Shown in pieces: positions 1 through 10,100 of a DNA stretch of 53,126 nt (within the stretch, counting starts at the first letter, position 1; every line of letters starts with the position of its first letter). Both the position numbers and the translations under genes were made by a program. Source of the DNA: Dysgonamonadaceae bacterium (GTDB taxonomy: Bacteria > Bacteroidota > Bacteroidia > Bacteroidales > Azobacteroidaceae); assembly GCA_031258895.1 (NCBI GenBank), contig JAIRMF010000079.1:1-53126 (forward strand), in the 5' to 3' direction. A model generated the notes under the pieces. The model did no database searches and was not told the origin of the DNA. It saw only the letters and a list, made by a program, of their open reading frames with translations.

Positions 1-4
1 ACTG

Positions 5-12
5 CAAAGGTA
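5..12 (-). promoter_or_regulatory. Bacteroidetes sigma-70 -7 element of a divergent promoter firing out of the window
   Basis: caaaggta is the reverse complement of TACCTTTG (consensus TAnnTTTG), followed by CA on the minus strand; no well-spaced -33 box seen. Confidence 0.55.
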
Positions 13-51
13 CAATTTTTTTTAAAATAAAGACTTTTTCCAAACATTATT

Positions 52-82
52 TTTGCCGTTTTAAAAAAATATCTTACCTTTG
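52..82 (+). promoter_or_regulatory. sigma-70 promoter of the rplY-pth-hslR operon
   Basis: TTTG (52-55), 19-nt spacer, TACCTTTG (75-82), then CACCC. Confidence 0.8.
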
Positions 83-152
83 CACCCGCTTTTAAGATTC
101 CGTGTGATGGGAAATTGGGGCAAATCTTAATTTTGAGTAACACAAAAAAAAT

Positions 153-734
153 ATGAAAACATTTAAATTAACAGGCTCTCTTCGTGAGGGCACAGGTAAA
201 AAAGCCGCAAAGGCTTACCGGAAACAGGCGCTGATTCCCTCTGTTTTGTACGGCGGAGAAGGGGTCGTCCACTTCAACGTAACAAAAGAAGGCGTTCGAA
301 AACTCGTTTATACGCCCGAAGTCCTTATCGTCGATTTGACCGTAGAAGAAAAGAACTGCAAGGCTATCGTTAAAGAATTGCAGTTTCACCCCGTCAGTGA
401 CGAAATTCTGCACATTGATTTCCTGCAAATCTTCGAGAATAAACCTGTTACAATCGAAATTCCCGTTTCTCTCGAGGGTTTGGCGGAAGGCGTACGTTCG
501 GGCGGCAAACTGTCGCAGGAACTTCGTAAGCTGAAAGTTAAAGGTATCTACACCAATTTTCCTGAGAAACTTACTATCAACGTTGAAAAACTTGGGCTTG
601 GAAAAGTTATCAAGGTTGGCGATCTTGCCTTTGAAAACCTTGAAATACTAAACACTAAGGACAACGTGGTTGCAGCAGTGAAATTGACCCGCGCAGCGCG
701 TGGCGCAGCGGCAACCGCTTCGGAAAGTAAATAA
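153..734 (+). CDS. rplY: 50S ribosomal protein L25/general stress protein Ctc
   Basis: R..TGKKA...R....[32 protein letters not shown]; upstream of pth. Confidence 0.97.
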   Translation: MKTFKLTGSLREGTGKKAAKAYRKQALIPSVLYGGEGVVHFNVTKEGVRKLVYTPEVLIVDLTVEEKNCKAIVKELQFHPVSDEILHIDFLQIFENKPVTIEIPVSLEGLAEGVRSGGKLSQELRKLKVKGIYTNFPEKLTINVEKLGLGKVIKVGDLAFENLEILNTKDNVVAAVKLTRAARGAAATASESK

Positions 735-1300
735 TGAAACTATTGGTCGTGGGGTTGGGCAATCCCGGTGACGAATATGCCGGAACCCGCCACAATGCAG
801 GTTTTATGGTATTGGACGCTTTCGCAGAAGCGTCCAATACTGTTTTTGACGTGAACCGTCGCTATGGAGCGATAGCTGAAGTGCGCCTGAAAAACCGGCA
901 ACTTATCCTGCTTAAGCCGTATACTTACATGAATTTGAGTGGAAATGCCGTGCGTTACTGGATGCAAAAAGAAAGAATTTCCCTGCAGAATTTGTTGATT
1001 GTAGTCGATGACCTCGCCCTACCTTTCGGTACACTTCGCCTCAAACCTAAAGGGAGCGACGCCGGACATAACGGACTGAAATCGATTCAAGCAGCGCTCG
1101 GTACTGAAGAATACAGTCGCCTGCGGTTCGGCATCGGTAGCGATTTCCGAAAAGGAGTGCAGATTGATTTTGTCCTTAGTAGATTCAGTGTAGAAGAACA
1201 ACTTGCGCTTCCCGTTCGTATCGGTTTTGCCATCGAGATGGTGAAATCATTCTGCCTTCAAGGTGTTGAGGCAACCATGAATTGTTACAACAACAAATAA
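734..1300 (+). CDS. pth: peptidyl-tRNA hydrolase
   Basis: [46 protein letters not shown]; TAATG overlap with rplY. Confidence 0.97.
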   Translation: MKLLVVGLGNPGDEYAGTRHNAGFMVLDAFAEASNTVFDVNRRYGAIAEVRLKNRQLILLKPYTYMNLSGNAVRYWMQKERISLQNLLIVVDDLALPFGTLRLKPKGSDAGHNGLKSIQAALGTEEYSRLRFGIGSDFRKGVQIDFVLSRFSVEEQLALPVRIGFAIEMVKSFCLQGVEATMNCYNNK

Positions 1301-1677
1301 TGGATGAGACAGGGTTGAGGGTCGACAAGTGGCTTTGGGCAGTGCGTATTTTCAAAACCCGTACAATTGCGCTGGAGGAATGTCGGAAGAATCGCGTAAC
1401 GGTCAACAGCGCTCCCGCAAAACCTTCGCGTTTGGTTAAAGTCGGAGATACTGTTACCGTTCGTAAACCTCCGGTTACTTATACCTTCAAAGTTCTTGCG
1501 GTGACCGACAGCAGAGTGAGCGCAAAGCTTGCGACCGGATACGTTGAAGATATTACTCCCGCTGAGCAACACGATCTGAGGTTTCCGCATACCGACGGAT
1601 TTATCAACCGTAAAAAAGGCGCAGGGCGACCAACAAAGAAAGAGCGACGTGAGCTTGATGGGTTCTTTGAACTTTAG
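1300..1677 (+). CDS. hslR: ribosome-associated heat shock protein Hsp15 (S4 domain); start placed at ATG 1300
   Basis: LRVDKWLWAVRIFKTR..A, GRPTKKERR; TAATG overlap with the pth stop. Confidence 0.92.
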   Translation: MDETGLRVDKWLWAVRIFKTRTIALEECRKNRVTVNSAPAKPSRLVKVGDTVTVRKPPVTYTFKVLAVTDSRVSAKLATGYVEDITPAEQHDLRFPHTDGFINRKKGAGRPTKKERRELDGFFEL

Positions 1678-2068
1678 TCCTCAGTTTGTTTTGCAAAGAC
1701 TACGTTGAACAAAGGGGACGTCTTTGCTCTCCGATTTTGTGCGATCTTGCATCATCCAAATAAAATGTGCGTAACAAATAACCGCGTTAAAATTAAATTA
1801 CAGGAATATAACAGCTTGATGATTGTCAAAATGCCGGCGAAAAAACTACTCCTTGACTATCGAAAACGTTACAACATTAGACCCTCTGTATGAGCCAATA
1901 CCGTGTAGCTTGCAAATTGTATTCCCCTCATTTACATCGTTCTTGAACTAAAGATTGTAATCCTTGCCGAGGAAAAGACGAACAACGCCCTTCAATGCAC
2001 CGTATAACACACCGTGGGATCAAACTTTGCTACGAAATAAACAAAATAAATATGAGAAATTATTTTAC

Positions 2069-2076
2069 TACCTTTG
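2069..2076 (+). promoter_or_regulatory. sigma-70 -7 element for the DUF3298-rsmG operon
   Basis: TACCTTTG 23 nt upstream of the ORF; no canonical -33 box. Confidence 0.5.
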
Positions 2077-2099
2077 TGGATCATTAACCAAAATGTGTT

Positions 2100-2945
2100 A
2101 TGTCAATGAAAGGGAAAAAATGCGGAGTGTTAATATCTGTCGTAATAACGGCAATCGTTATCGTCGGAGTCCTGTCGTGCAATAAAACAAAATTACAGGT
2201 GGAACCGAAAATACGGTTCGAGGTGATAAAACAAAATAAATTGTTAGGGTCAGATTCCGGCAAATTTGCACATAAATTTATGCTTGATATCGAATTTGTA
2301 TATCCGTCATACCATAAAGATACAACCAAGCTCCGTGAACTGCAAAGAGTATTTATGGAAAAATTCTTTACCGAACAACAACGTGATTTTAACCCGAAAA
2401 CCGCAATAGATAGCCTCACCGTCATAATGCAATCATATTACGATTCAATATTTACATCGGAAGTGCAAAATATATATACAAGTGGCGATAGCGTCCCCGT
2501 CTATTACCTGAATATTAAAAATGAAGTGGTGTTCAATGACAATAAAATAATATCGTTCCTCGTCGAAAATGAAGGATATGAAGGCGGAGCACACCCGTCA
2601 CATGAGACTGAAGGATATATATATAATGTTGATGATCAAATTTTTATAAACGAAAACGACATCGAAGGTACAAACTATAAAAAAAATATCGCCGAAATAC
2701 TGTACCTCAAAATAAAGGAACAATACTGCAAAAAAGGGGAAAAACCCGAAGACATCGGATTCGATAAAAATGAAATAATACCAAATAATAACCTTACCGT
2801 CAACGAAAAAGGCATTACATACCACTATAATGAGTACGAAATAGCTCCATATTACCTGGGTAACATCAACATATTCATACCGTTCAACGAACTCGAAATA
2901 TATCTGAAAGCCGGTAACCCTATCGAATACCTGTACAATAAATGA
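2100..2945 (+). CDS. DUF4163/DUF3298 (RsiV/PdaC-like) lipoprotein
   Basis: Lipobox VLSC after a hydrophobic stretch; YEGGAHP and GITYHYNEYEIAPY..G.I.IFIPF motifs. Confidence 0.8.
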   Translation: MSMKGKKCGVLISVVITAIVIVGVLSCNKTKLQVEPKIRFEVIKQNKLLGSDSGKFAHKFMLDIEFVYPSYHKDTTKLRELQRVFMEKFFTEQQRDFNPKTAIDSLTVIMQSYYDSIFTSEVQNIYTSGDSVPVYYLNIKNEVVFNDNKIISFLVENEGYEGGAHPSHETEGYIYNVDDQIFINENDIEGTNYKKNIAEILYLKIKEQYCKKGEKPEDIGFDKNEIIPNNNLTVNEKGITYHYNEYEIAPYYLGNINIFIPFNELEIYLKAGNPIEYLYNK

Positions 2946-3577
2946 AAAATCATACAATGAAAATCATACTTGAATATTTCCCGAATCTAACAAATGAACA
3001 GTGCGAACAACTCGAAAAACTCGGACAACTATACCTCGAATGGAACCGAAAAGTTAACCTCATTTCAAGACAAGATACGGACAACCTGTACGAGCGGCAT
3101 ATACTACACTCGCTCTCTATAGCTAAAATATTGCGATTCAAAGATAATACCTCCGTGATCGACATAGGTACCGGCGGAGGATTTCCGGGAATACCTCTTG
3201 CCGTAATGTTTCCTCAGGTCAGATTCTTGCTTGTCGATAGCATCGGGAAAAAAATCAATGTGGTAAAAGATATCGCACGACAAGCAAATATAGATAATGT
3301 CGAATGTGAACAGATAAGGATAGAAAATGAATACAGAAAGTTCGACTTCGCCGTGACAAGAGCCGCAATGTCACTCGAAAACCTCGTGAGAATAGCAAAG
3401 AAAAATATCGCATCCGATAGCCATAACGCAATGCCAAACGGATTCATCTGCCTGAAAGGGGGAAACATAACACAAGAAACAAAACCGTTCGCAAATAGAA
3501 TAATATGCTATAAATTGAGCGATTACCTTAAAGAAAAATTCTTTGAAACTAAAAAAGTGATATATTTGCAGGCTTGA
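2942..3577 (+). CDS. rsmG: 16S rRNA m7G527 methyltransferase RsmG (GidB)
   Basis: WN.KVNLISR, RHILHSL, DIGTGGGFPGIPLA, DSIGKK, TRA, LKGG; ATGA overlap with the upstream gene. Confidence 0.96.
   Translation: MKNHTMKIILEYFPNLTNEQCEQLEKLGQLYLEWNRKVNLISRQDTDNLYERHILHSLSIAKILRFKDNTSVIDIGTGGGFPGIPLAVMFPQVRFLLVDSIGKKINVVKDIARQANIDNVECEQIRIENEYRKFDFAVTRAAMSLENLVRIAKKNIASDSHNAMPNGFICLKGGNITQETKPFANRIICYKLSDYLKEKFFETKKVIYLQA
3561..3568 (+). promoter_or_regulatory. possible internal sigma-70 -7 element for the MBL gene, inside the rsmG 3' end
   Basis: TATATTTG followed by CA; TTTG at 3542-3545 with a 15-nt spacer. Confidence 0.4.
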
Positions 3578-3633
3578 AATGCAGCATAATAAAAATCCTG
3601 TAACCCGTAAACAAATATCTCACAATATATAAT

Positions 3634-4269
3634 ATGACAGTCAAAAATTTCGTTCTAAATCCATTACGCGTAAATACATACATCATACATGATGAAACTA
3701 AGCAGGCTGCAATAATAGATTGCGGCGCGTACTCAAAAACCGAAAAACAACTGATAGAAAATTATATAAGAGAAGAAGAACTCGTACTAAAATGCGCACT
3801 CAATACTCATCTGCACTTCGATCATATACTCGGAAACAATTTCATCCTCGAAAGATACGGACTTAAACCCCAATACGCAAAAGAAGATGAAGACATGCCG
3901 GGACTCGCAACAGGATCGATGTTCCCCGCGATACCCGTAGTCCACATCAAAACAGATAATTACCTCGAAAACGGAGATGAAATACAGGTCGGAAATATGA
4001 TACTGAAAATAATCCATACACCCGGTCACTCACCCGGAAGCCTCTCATTCTACAATAAACATGGCAATTGCGTGTTTTCCGGCGACACACTCTTCCGACG
4101 CAGCATCGGACGAACCGACCTCTGGGAAGGGGACCTCAATACACTCCTAAAGGTTATCCGTACAAAACTTTTTTCATTGCCCGATAATACAATAATATAC
4201 CCCGGACATGAAGAAATATCGACTATCATAGAAGAAAAATGCGAAAATCCGTACGTTCGAATAACATAA
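3634..4269 (+). CDS. MBL-fold metallo-hydrolase (glyoxalase II-like, YcbL/GloC family)
   Basis: THLHFDH, HTPGHSPGS, FSGDTLF..SIGRTD, YPGH motifs. Confidence 0.92.
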   Translation: MTVKNFVLNPLRVNTYIIHDETKQAAIIDCGAYSKTEKQLIENYIREEELVLKCALNTHLHFDHILGNNFILERYGLKPQYAKEDEDMPGLATGSMFPAIPVVHIKTDNYLENGDEIQVGNMILKIIHTPGHSPGSLSFYNKHGNCVFSGDTLFRRSIGRTDLWEGDLNTLLKVIRTKLFSLPDNTIIYPGHEEISTIIEEKCENPYVRIT

Positions 4270-4302
4270 TGGAAAAATAAAACATAAATCGTATACGGTG
4301 AA

Positions 4303-4333
4303 TTTGCCAATTCGAAAATTTTTAATACCTTTG
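4303..4333 (+). promoter_or_regulatory. sigma-70 promoter of purA
   Basis: TTTG (4303-4306), 19-nt spacer, TACCTTTG (4326-4333), then CA. Confidence 0.8.
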
Positions 4334-4362
4334 CATCGTCCTAATATAAAATTACTGCCTGA

Positions 4363-5631
4363 ATGTCTGTTGATGTTTTATTAGGTCTCCAATGGGGAGA
4401 CGAAGGAAAAGGAAAAATAGTGGATGTGCTGACGCCTCGTTACGACGTCATAGCACGATTCCAAGGCGGACCTAATGCCGGACATACTCTGAAATTCGAA
4501 GGGAAGAAATTTGTGCTCCGCTCAATACCCTCCGGTATCTTCCAAAAAGAGAAAATAAATATTATCGGCAGCGGAACGGTGGTAGACCCGCAACTGTTCA
4601 AAGCAGAAATAGAAGCGCTCGAAACTTCGTTAGGCAGCCTGACCTCACGCTTGTATATCTCACGTAAAGCACACCTGATACTGCCTACACACCGCCTGCT
4701 CGACAGCGCATACGAAACAAGTAAAGGCGAAGACAAAATTGGAACTACCGGCAAAGGAATAGGTCCGGCGTATACGGATAAAATCAGTCGTAACGGCTTG
4801 AGAGTGGGAGATATAGAACATGGTTTAGTGGAAAAATATCGTGTAGCCGTAGCTCGTCACAAAACCATGCTCCGACAAATGAACATCAACTATGACCTCG
4901 AACAACTCGAAAAAGATTGGTTTGCAGGAATAGAGACGCTGAAACAATTCCGCCTTATTGACTGCGAGAACTTACTTAACAGTGAACTGCGCGCGGGTAA
5001 AACAGTCCTGGCAGAAGGCGCACAAGGCACTTTGCTCGATATTGACTTCGGCTCCTATCCATTCGTGACGTCCTCAAATACGATATGTGCGGGAGCATGC
5101 ACCGGACTTGGTATAGCACCTTCACGTATCGGTAAAGTCTATGGAGTCTTCAAGGCTTATTGTACACGGGTGGGAGGCGGACCTTTTCCAACTGAGCTTC
5201 TCGATGTGACAGGCGAGATAATTCGCGACCGCGGATTTGAGTATGGCTCCGTAACCGGTCGTCCGCGCCGCTGTGGATGGATTGATCTGGTCGCACTGAG
5301 ATATGCGGTAATGATTGATGGGGTTACAGACTTGATCATGACCAAGTCCGATGTGCTTGATATGTTTGAAACTATCCGCGTCTGCGTTGCTTACGAAATT
5401 GACGGAAAAAAGACAGAAGATTTCCCATACGAGATCGGAGGCAATGTACGGCCGGTCTATGTTGATTTAGCCGGTTGGCAGATTGATATGACAAAAATTC
5501 AGTCAGAGAAAGAGTTCCCCAAAGAATTTAACGCTTACCTCTCGTTCCTCGAAAAAGCCCTCGGGGTGCGGGTAAAAATAGTTTCCGTCGGTCCCGACCG
5601 CGAGCAAACCATTATCCGTTATGAAGAATGA
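4363..5631 (+). CDS. purA: adenylosuccinate synthetase
   Basis: QWGDEGKGKIVD, GGPNAGHT, IGTTGKGIGPAY, EGAQG.LLDIDFGSYPFVTSS, GRPRRCGW. Confidence 0.98.
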   Translation: MSVDVLLGLQWGDEGKGKIVDVLTPRYDVIARFQGGPNAGHTLKFEGKKFVLRSIPSGIFQKEKINIIGSGTVVDPQLFKAEIEALETSLGSLTSRLYISRKAHLILPTHRLLDSAYETSKGEDKIGTTGKGIGPAYTDKISRNGLRVGDIEHGLVEKYRVAVARHKTMLRQMNINYDLEQLEKDWFAGIETLKQFRLIDCENLLNSELRAGKTVLAEGAQGTLLDIDFGSYPFVTSSNTICAGACTGLGIAPSRIGKVYGVFKAYCTRVGGGPFPTELLDVTGEIIRDRGFEYGSVTGRPRRCGWIDLVALRYAVMIDGVTDLIMTKSDVLDMFETIRVCVAYEIDGKKTEDFPYEIGGNVRPVYVDLAGWQIDMTKIQSEKEFPKEFNAYLSFLEKALGVRVKIVSVGPDREQTIIRYEE

Positions 5632-5695
5632 CGATATTAGTATGAAAATTGCCGGATGTTTATTTATGGTGTTACACAATTAAAATTAGAAAAAG

Positions 5696-6391
5696 ATGAA
5701 CGTTTACTTATTTTTACTTATCGGAATCGGCGTACTTGGCTGGATCGTTCAGTGGAATCTAAACCGCAAGTTCAAGCTATACTCCCAAATGCTACTCAAC
5801 AATGGAATGACGGGACGCGATGTGGCAGAACGCATGTTAAGCGAAAACGGTATTTCCGACGTAACAGTCCGTTTCACCGGCGGCACGCTGACCGACCACT
5901 ACAATCCGTCCGATAAAACCATCAATCTGAGTGAAAGCGTTTATGCGGGCGACAATGTGGCCGCAGCAGCAGTCGCCGCTCACGAAACAGGGCATGCCAT
6001 TCAACACGCTTATGCCTACGCGCCGCTAAAGATGCGTTCCGCCCTTGTTCCCTTAGTGAGTTTTTCGGGACGGTGGGTTACATGGCTGATACTTGGCGGT
6101 ATGGTACTGCTCGGCATGGGTCAGGTCTTTTTCGGGCAAACTGTTGCCGTTGTGGGTATTGTGCTGTATGGATTGATAACTCTGTTCAGTTTCATCACCC
6201 TTCCGGTCGAAATCAATGCCAGCCAGAGAGCTTTGGCCTGGCTGAGTAGTGCGGGAATCACAAATTCCCACAATGATGAGGCCGCCCGTGATGCATTGCG
6301 CTCCGCAGCGTACACATATGTAGTTGCTGCACTTGGCGCTCTTGCCAACCTTCTGTATTATGTATGGTTATTCTTCGGAAGAAGAGATTGA
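5696..6391 (+). CDS. membrane zinc metallopeptidase (Zn_peptidase_2/YugP family)
   Basis: LTDHYNP, AVAAHETGHAIQH, TLPVE.NAS.RA, AAYTYV; transmembrane segments. Confidence 0.92.
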   Translation: MNVYLFLLIGIGVLGWIVQWNLNRKFKLYSQMLLNNGMTGRDVAERMLSENGISDVTVRFTGGTLTDHYNPSDKTINLSESVYAGDNVAAAAVAAHETGHAIQHAYAYAPLKMRSALVPLVSFSGRWVTWLILGGMVLLGMGQVFFGQTVAVVGIVLYGLITLFSFITLPVEINASQRALAWLSSAGITNSHNDEAARDALRSAAYTYVVAALGALANLLYYVWLFFGRRD

Positions 6392-6395
6392 TTAA

Positions 6396-6971
6396 ATGAA
6401 GATACGGTTGAAATTTATAGGACTTACTTTCAGTCAGGTGCAAACTGGCGCTTACACTGTTATACTCGCCGAGGAAAGCGGAGAGCGTCAGGTCTCTATT
6501 TTGATAGGCACGCCGGAGGCGCAGGCTGTTGCTATCTGTATTGATGGTTTGAAGCCGCCGCGTCCACTCACTCATGACCTGTTTGTTTCGTTTATGGATG
6601 TGATGAACGTTGATCTGAAGGAGGTTTACATATACCGTTACGACGATGGTATTTTCTTCTCTAACCTGATTTTTAGGGAAAATAACACCGAAAATCGCAA
6701 GGAAGTTTATCTTGATTCACGTATCTCGGACGCCATTGCATTGGCTCTGCGTACAGGCGCTGTTATCACAGTCGAAGACAAAGTAATGGCGGAAACAGCT
6801 ATCGCTGTGGGGGATTCGGATTATGTAGGTGATATGGAATACGGACGGGAAGAAAATCCCGAACGGATGGAGGTTTCCGCTTTACAGCAAGCTTTGGAGG
6901 AGGCGATTGAAACGGAAGACTACGAACGGGCCTCATACCTTAGAGATGTAATAAACAGTAGAAAGGAGTAA
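6396..6971 (+). CDS. bifunctional nuclease (DNase/RNase, DUF151) with C-terminal UVR domain
   Basis: IG..EAQA.A, PRPLTHDL, DSR.SDAIALALR, LEEAIETEDYERASYLRD. Confidence 0.9.
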   Translation: MKIRLKFIGLTFSQVQTGAYTVILAEESGERQVSILIGTPEAQAVAICIDGLKPPRPLTHDLFVSFMDVMNVDLKEVYIYRYDDGIFFSNLIFRENNTENRKEVYLDSRISDAIALALRTGAVITVEDKVMAETAIAVGDSDYVGDMEYGREENPERMEVSALQQALEEAIETEDYERASYLRDVINSRKE

Positions 6972-7085
6972 AAAAATAGGGTGCTTTCAAAAATGTAAAA
7001 ATAAAAAAAAGCAGTGTTAGGAAGTTAAATTTACATAAAAAGCCACTTTTTTATTCAAAAGTAATGGTACATAAAAAAAAAGACG

Positions 7086-7093
7086 TATATTTG
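7086..7093 (+). promoter_or_regulatory. sigma-70 -7 element upstream of the cotH-like gene
   Basis: TATATTTG followed by CA, 38 nt upstream of the ATG; no canonical -33 box. Confidence 0.55.
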
Positions 7094-7131
7094 CATCGAT
7101 AAATTTTTACAAACTTTTAAAGTGCTTTAGC

Positions 7132-10100
7132 ATGAAAAAAATCTTTTACTTATTATTATTATTGTTTCCAGTATTGGTGTCGGCTCAGGATCTTCAAATC
7201 AATGAGATTTCGGCACGAAATGTATCGGGAGACGTTCTCAATTCCGAGAACGGTTTCAACTTCAACAACTGGGTTGAAGTTTACAACCCTAGTTCTTCTG
7301 CCGTGAATTTAAAAGACTATGCTTTCAGCAGACCCTCCAAATCAGGTGAAAGGACTTGGGTACCGGGTAGTATCACCGTGCCGGCAGGAGGTTATGCCGT
7401 TGTGTATTTCGAGCGTCAAGACTCAATTTATTATAGAGCTGATGCGAAATATGACGTTACAGGCAAGGCGGATTATAATGGCAGGACCGCATCTTTCAAA
7501 CTTGAACCAAAAGGGGGTACTCTTCGCCTCTTGAAGGGCGGTACTCAAATTGCTATCCTTGATTACCCCGAATTGTATCGCAACGCATCATACGGGCGGA
7601 CAACGGATGGCGGTTCGGATTGGGCATATTTTGCAACTCCGACCAAAGGAGCGAGTAACACAGGTGAGTACGTTATCAGGCAAACGGCTGATCAGATTAT
7701 TCAGACCGCCGCTCCGACATTCGGCGTACCTGCCGGTTTTCATGAAGGTACACAGTCCGTAACTTTGAGTGCGGAATCGGGCGCCACCGTATACTACACT
7801 ATAACGAATGCCCGTACCGATAAAGCCCTTACGGTTGTAAACGGCGGACAGGAACCGACTACGGCTTCAACCGTTTATTCGGCTCCCATAGAGGTGAGTA
7901 AAGCGTCTGTAATCCGGGCAATAGCAGTTGCTCCGGGCAAACTGCCGAGCAACGTAGTAACTTCTACTTACCTTGTTGGTGTACGCAAACCTAATTTACC
8001 CGTGGTTTCTCTTACTATCGACGATAAATTTATGTACGATGTTGAGGTCGGTATGTATGATGACGGCAAAAGTCCTTTTGGGAAGCACGCAGTAACAAGA
8101 GTTCATGATGGAGCACTTGACGCGAGTGGCAATAGGATAACTCAGGGCTGTAATCGAATTGGTAACTACAACCAGCCGTGGGACCGTCCCGCTAACTTTG
8201 AATTTTTTGATAAGGAAGGCAAATTGCATATATCTCAGGAGGTTGATATTGCCATAGCCGGACAGTGTACCCGCCAGAATGCTTTTCTGAAATCTTTTAA
8301 AGTTAAGGCTAAAGAGAAGTTTGGTAATGATAAATTGGACTACGACTTTTTTGCCTCTAAACCGGGACATAAATACGAAAGCGTGATGTTAAGATTTGCC
8401 GGAACCGAAGGGTCGGGATCCATGAATGGTAGATCTTATTTCCGCGATGCTTTGATGTCAACTTTATCTATCGGTTATATGGAGGTCGACGTCCAAGCAT
8501 ACCAGCCGGCGGTTGTCTTTCTTAACGGCGAATATTGGGGATTGGTAAATATCCGTGAACGCACTAATGATTCAAATTCCTATTCGAACTTCGGAATAGG
8601 CGGAGACGACGTATATGTTGTAGAGAATAGTGAAATGAACTATCCGACGCCTCCGGGAAGTAGTAAAAATATTCCTTACGTACCTTACGAAAAGAAGAAG
8701 GTTTTTGACGAGATGTACGAGTTTATCAAAAATAACGACATGAGTAAGGCTGAAAATTATGCCCGTGCCTGCGAACTTCTCGATATTGACAATTATATTG
8801 ATTTGTTGCAACTCTCAGTTTTCGGTCAAAACTGGGACTGGCCTCAAAATAACCAAAAACTTTGGCGTCCGGCGGCAGAGGGTGGAAAGTGGAGATTCAT
8901 AGCATACGATAACGACTTTGCAATTAATAACGGTGCAATCTGCGCCTTAGCTTCTTACAGTAAAATCCTAAACCCTTCCTGCGATGATAAAAGTTTGGGA
9001 GAAAAATTCAAATACCTTTTTTCCAGTTTGTTGAAAAGCCCGGAATTCAGGTCTCGTTTCTTAACTCGAGCAGAATACCACACGGCAACAACATTCAAGC
9101 CTTCAAGACTTACAGCTATGGTGGACAGTTTCAAAGCGCAGATAGCGGATGAGATCACGTATTTCTTCCCTTATCGTAATCTCGGTACCGTGAGTGATTG
9201 GAGCGGTACAGTTACTGTAGTGCGTAATTTTGTTAACAGCAGGGCGAATGCATTCCTTACGGAAACAAAAAATTTCATACTGACTCAGTCCGCTTCCGGA
9301 ACAAAAAACCTGAATGTCAATGTCTCTGCGAGTATTGCAAATGCTAACATTAAAGCAAACGGGGTTCCGTTGTCCGTCAGTGCGGCAGATAAGGCAGTAA
9401 AGGTGCTTTCCGCTTCTAACCTCCCCGTTGTTTTTGAGGCGGGACCCGTTTCCGGTTATAAATTTGTAAAATGGGAACATACTCCTACCGCTCCTTATAC
9501 CTCCCTTGATCTGATACCCGAAGGCGCCACGTGGAACTATTACTGTTTCGGCAAGGACGCCGCAGAGCTTGGCGATGGTTGGAAAACCTCCAAAGGTACG
9601 GGAACGGGATGGGTTACAGATAAGCCTGCACCGCTCGGATATGGAGCTAACGGAACCGGCAGCAATGTTAGTGGAAAAGGTACGGTAAAAACCAAAATCC
9701 CCGCCTGTTCCGGGACCTCATGCTCGGGATCGGTTAAATATATAGGCTCATACTTTGTAAAGACAATTAATCTCTCGAAAGTAGAAGAATTGGCGGGATT
9801 TGTTGTTGAAGCAAATATTGATGACTGCGGAGCGTTCTACGTAAACGGCAAGGAAGTTCACAGAGAAAAAATACCCGCAAACTATAAGATAACTACCCGT
9901 ACCACCGGAGCCGGAAGTTCCGAAGAACCGTTCTCTTTTGCAATTCCTAAAGATTACTTCAAGGAAGGAGAAAATATTATTGCCGTTGAGATTCACCAAT
10001 CCGACGGAAGTAGCGCAACAGAGAAAGACTATTCGAACAGTACCGACCTCTATTTCGAAATGTCGCTCAAATGTCAGAGGTATGACCTTTCGCAGGCCGT

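Noticed and set aside
1705-1893. 62-aa ORF ending YRKRYNIRPSV, faintly like a DDE transposase R...VE motif
   Set aside because: Too short, with no other transposase motifs, terminal repeats or target duplication; cannot be supported as a pseudogene.
1964-2185. 73-aa ORF overlapping the DUF3298 gene start
   Set aside because: It spans the promoter of the real gene and has no recognisable motifs.
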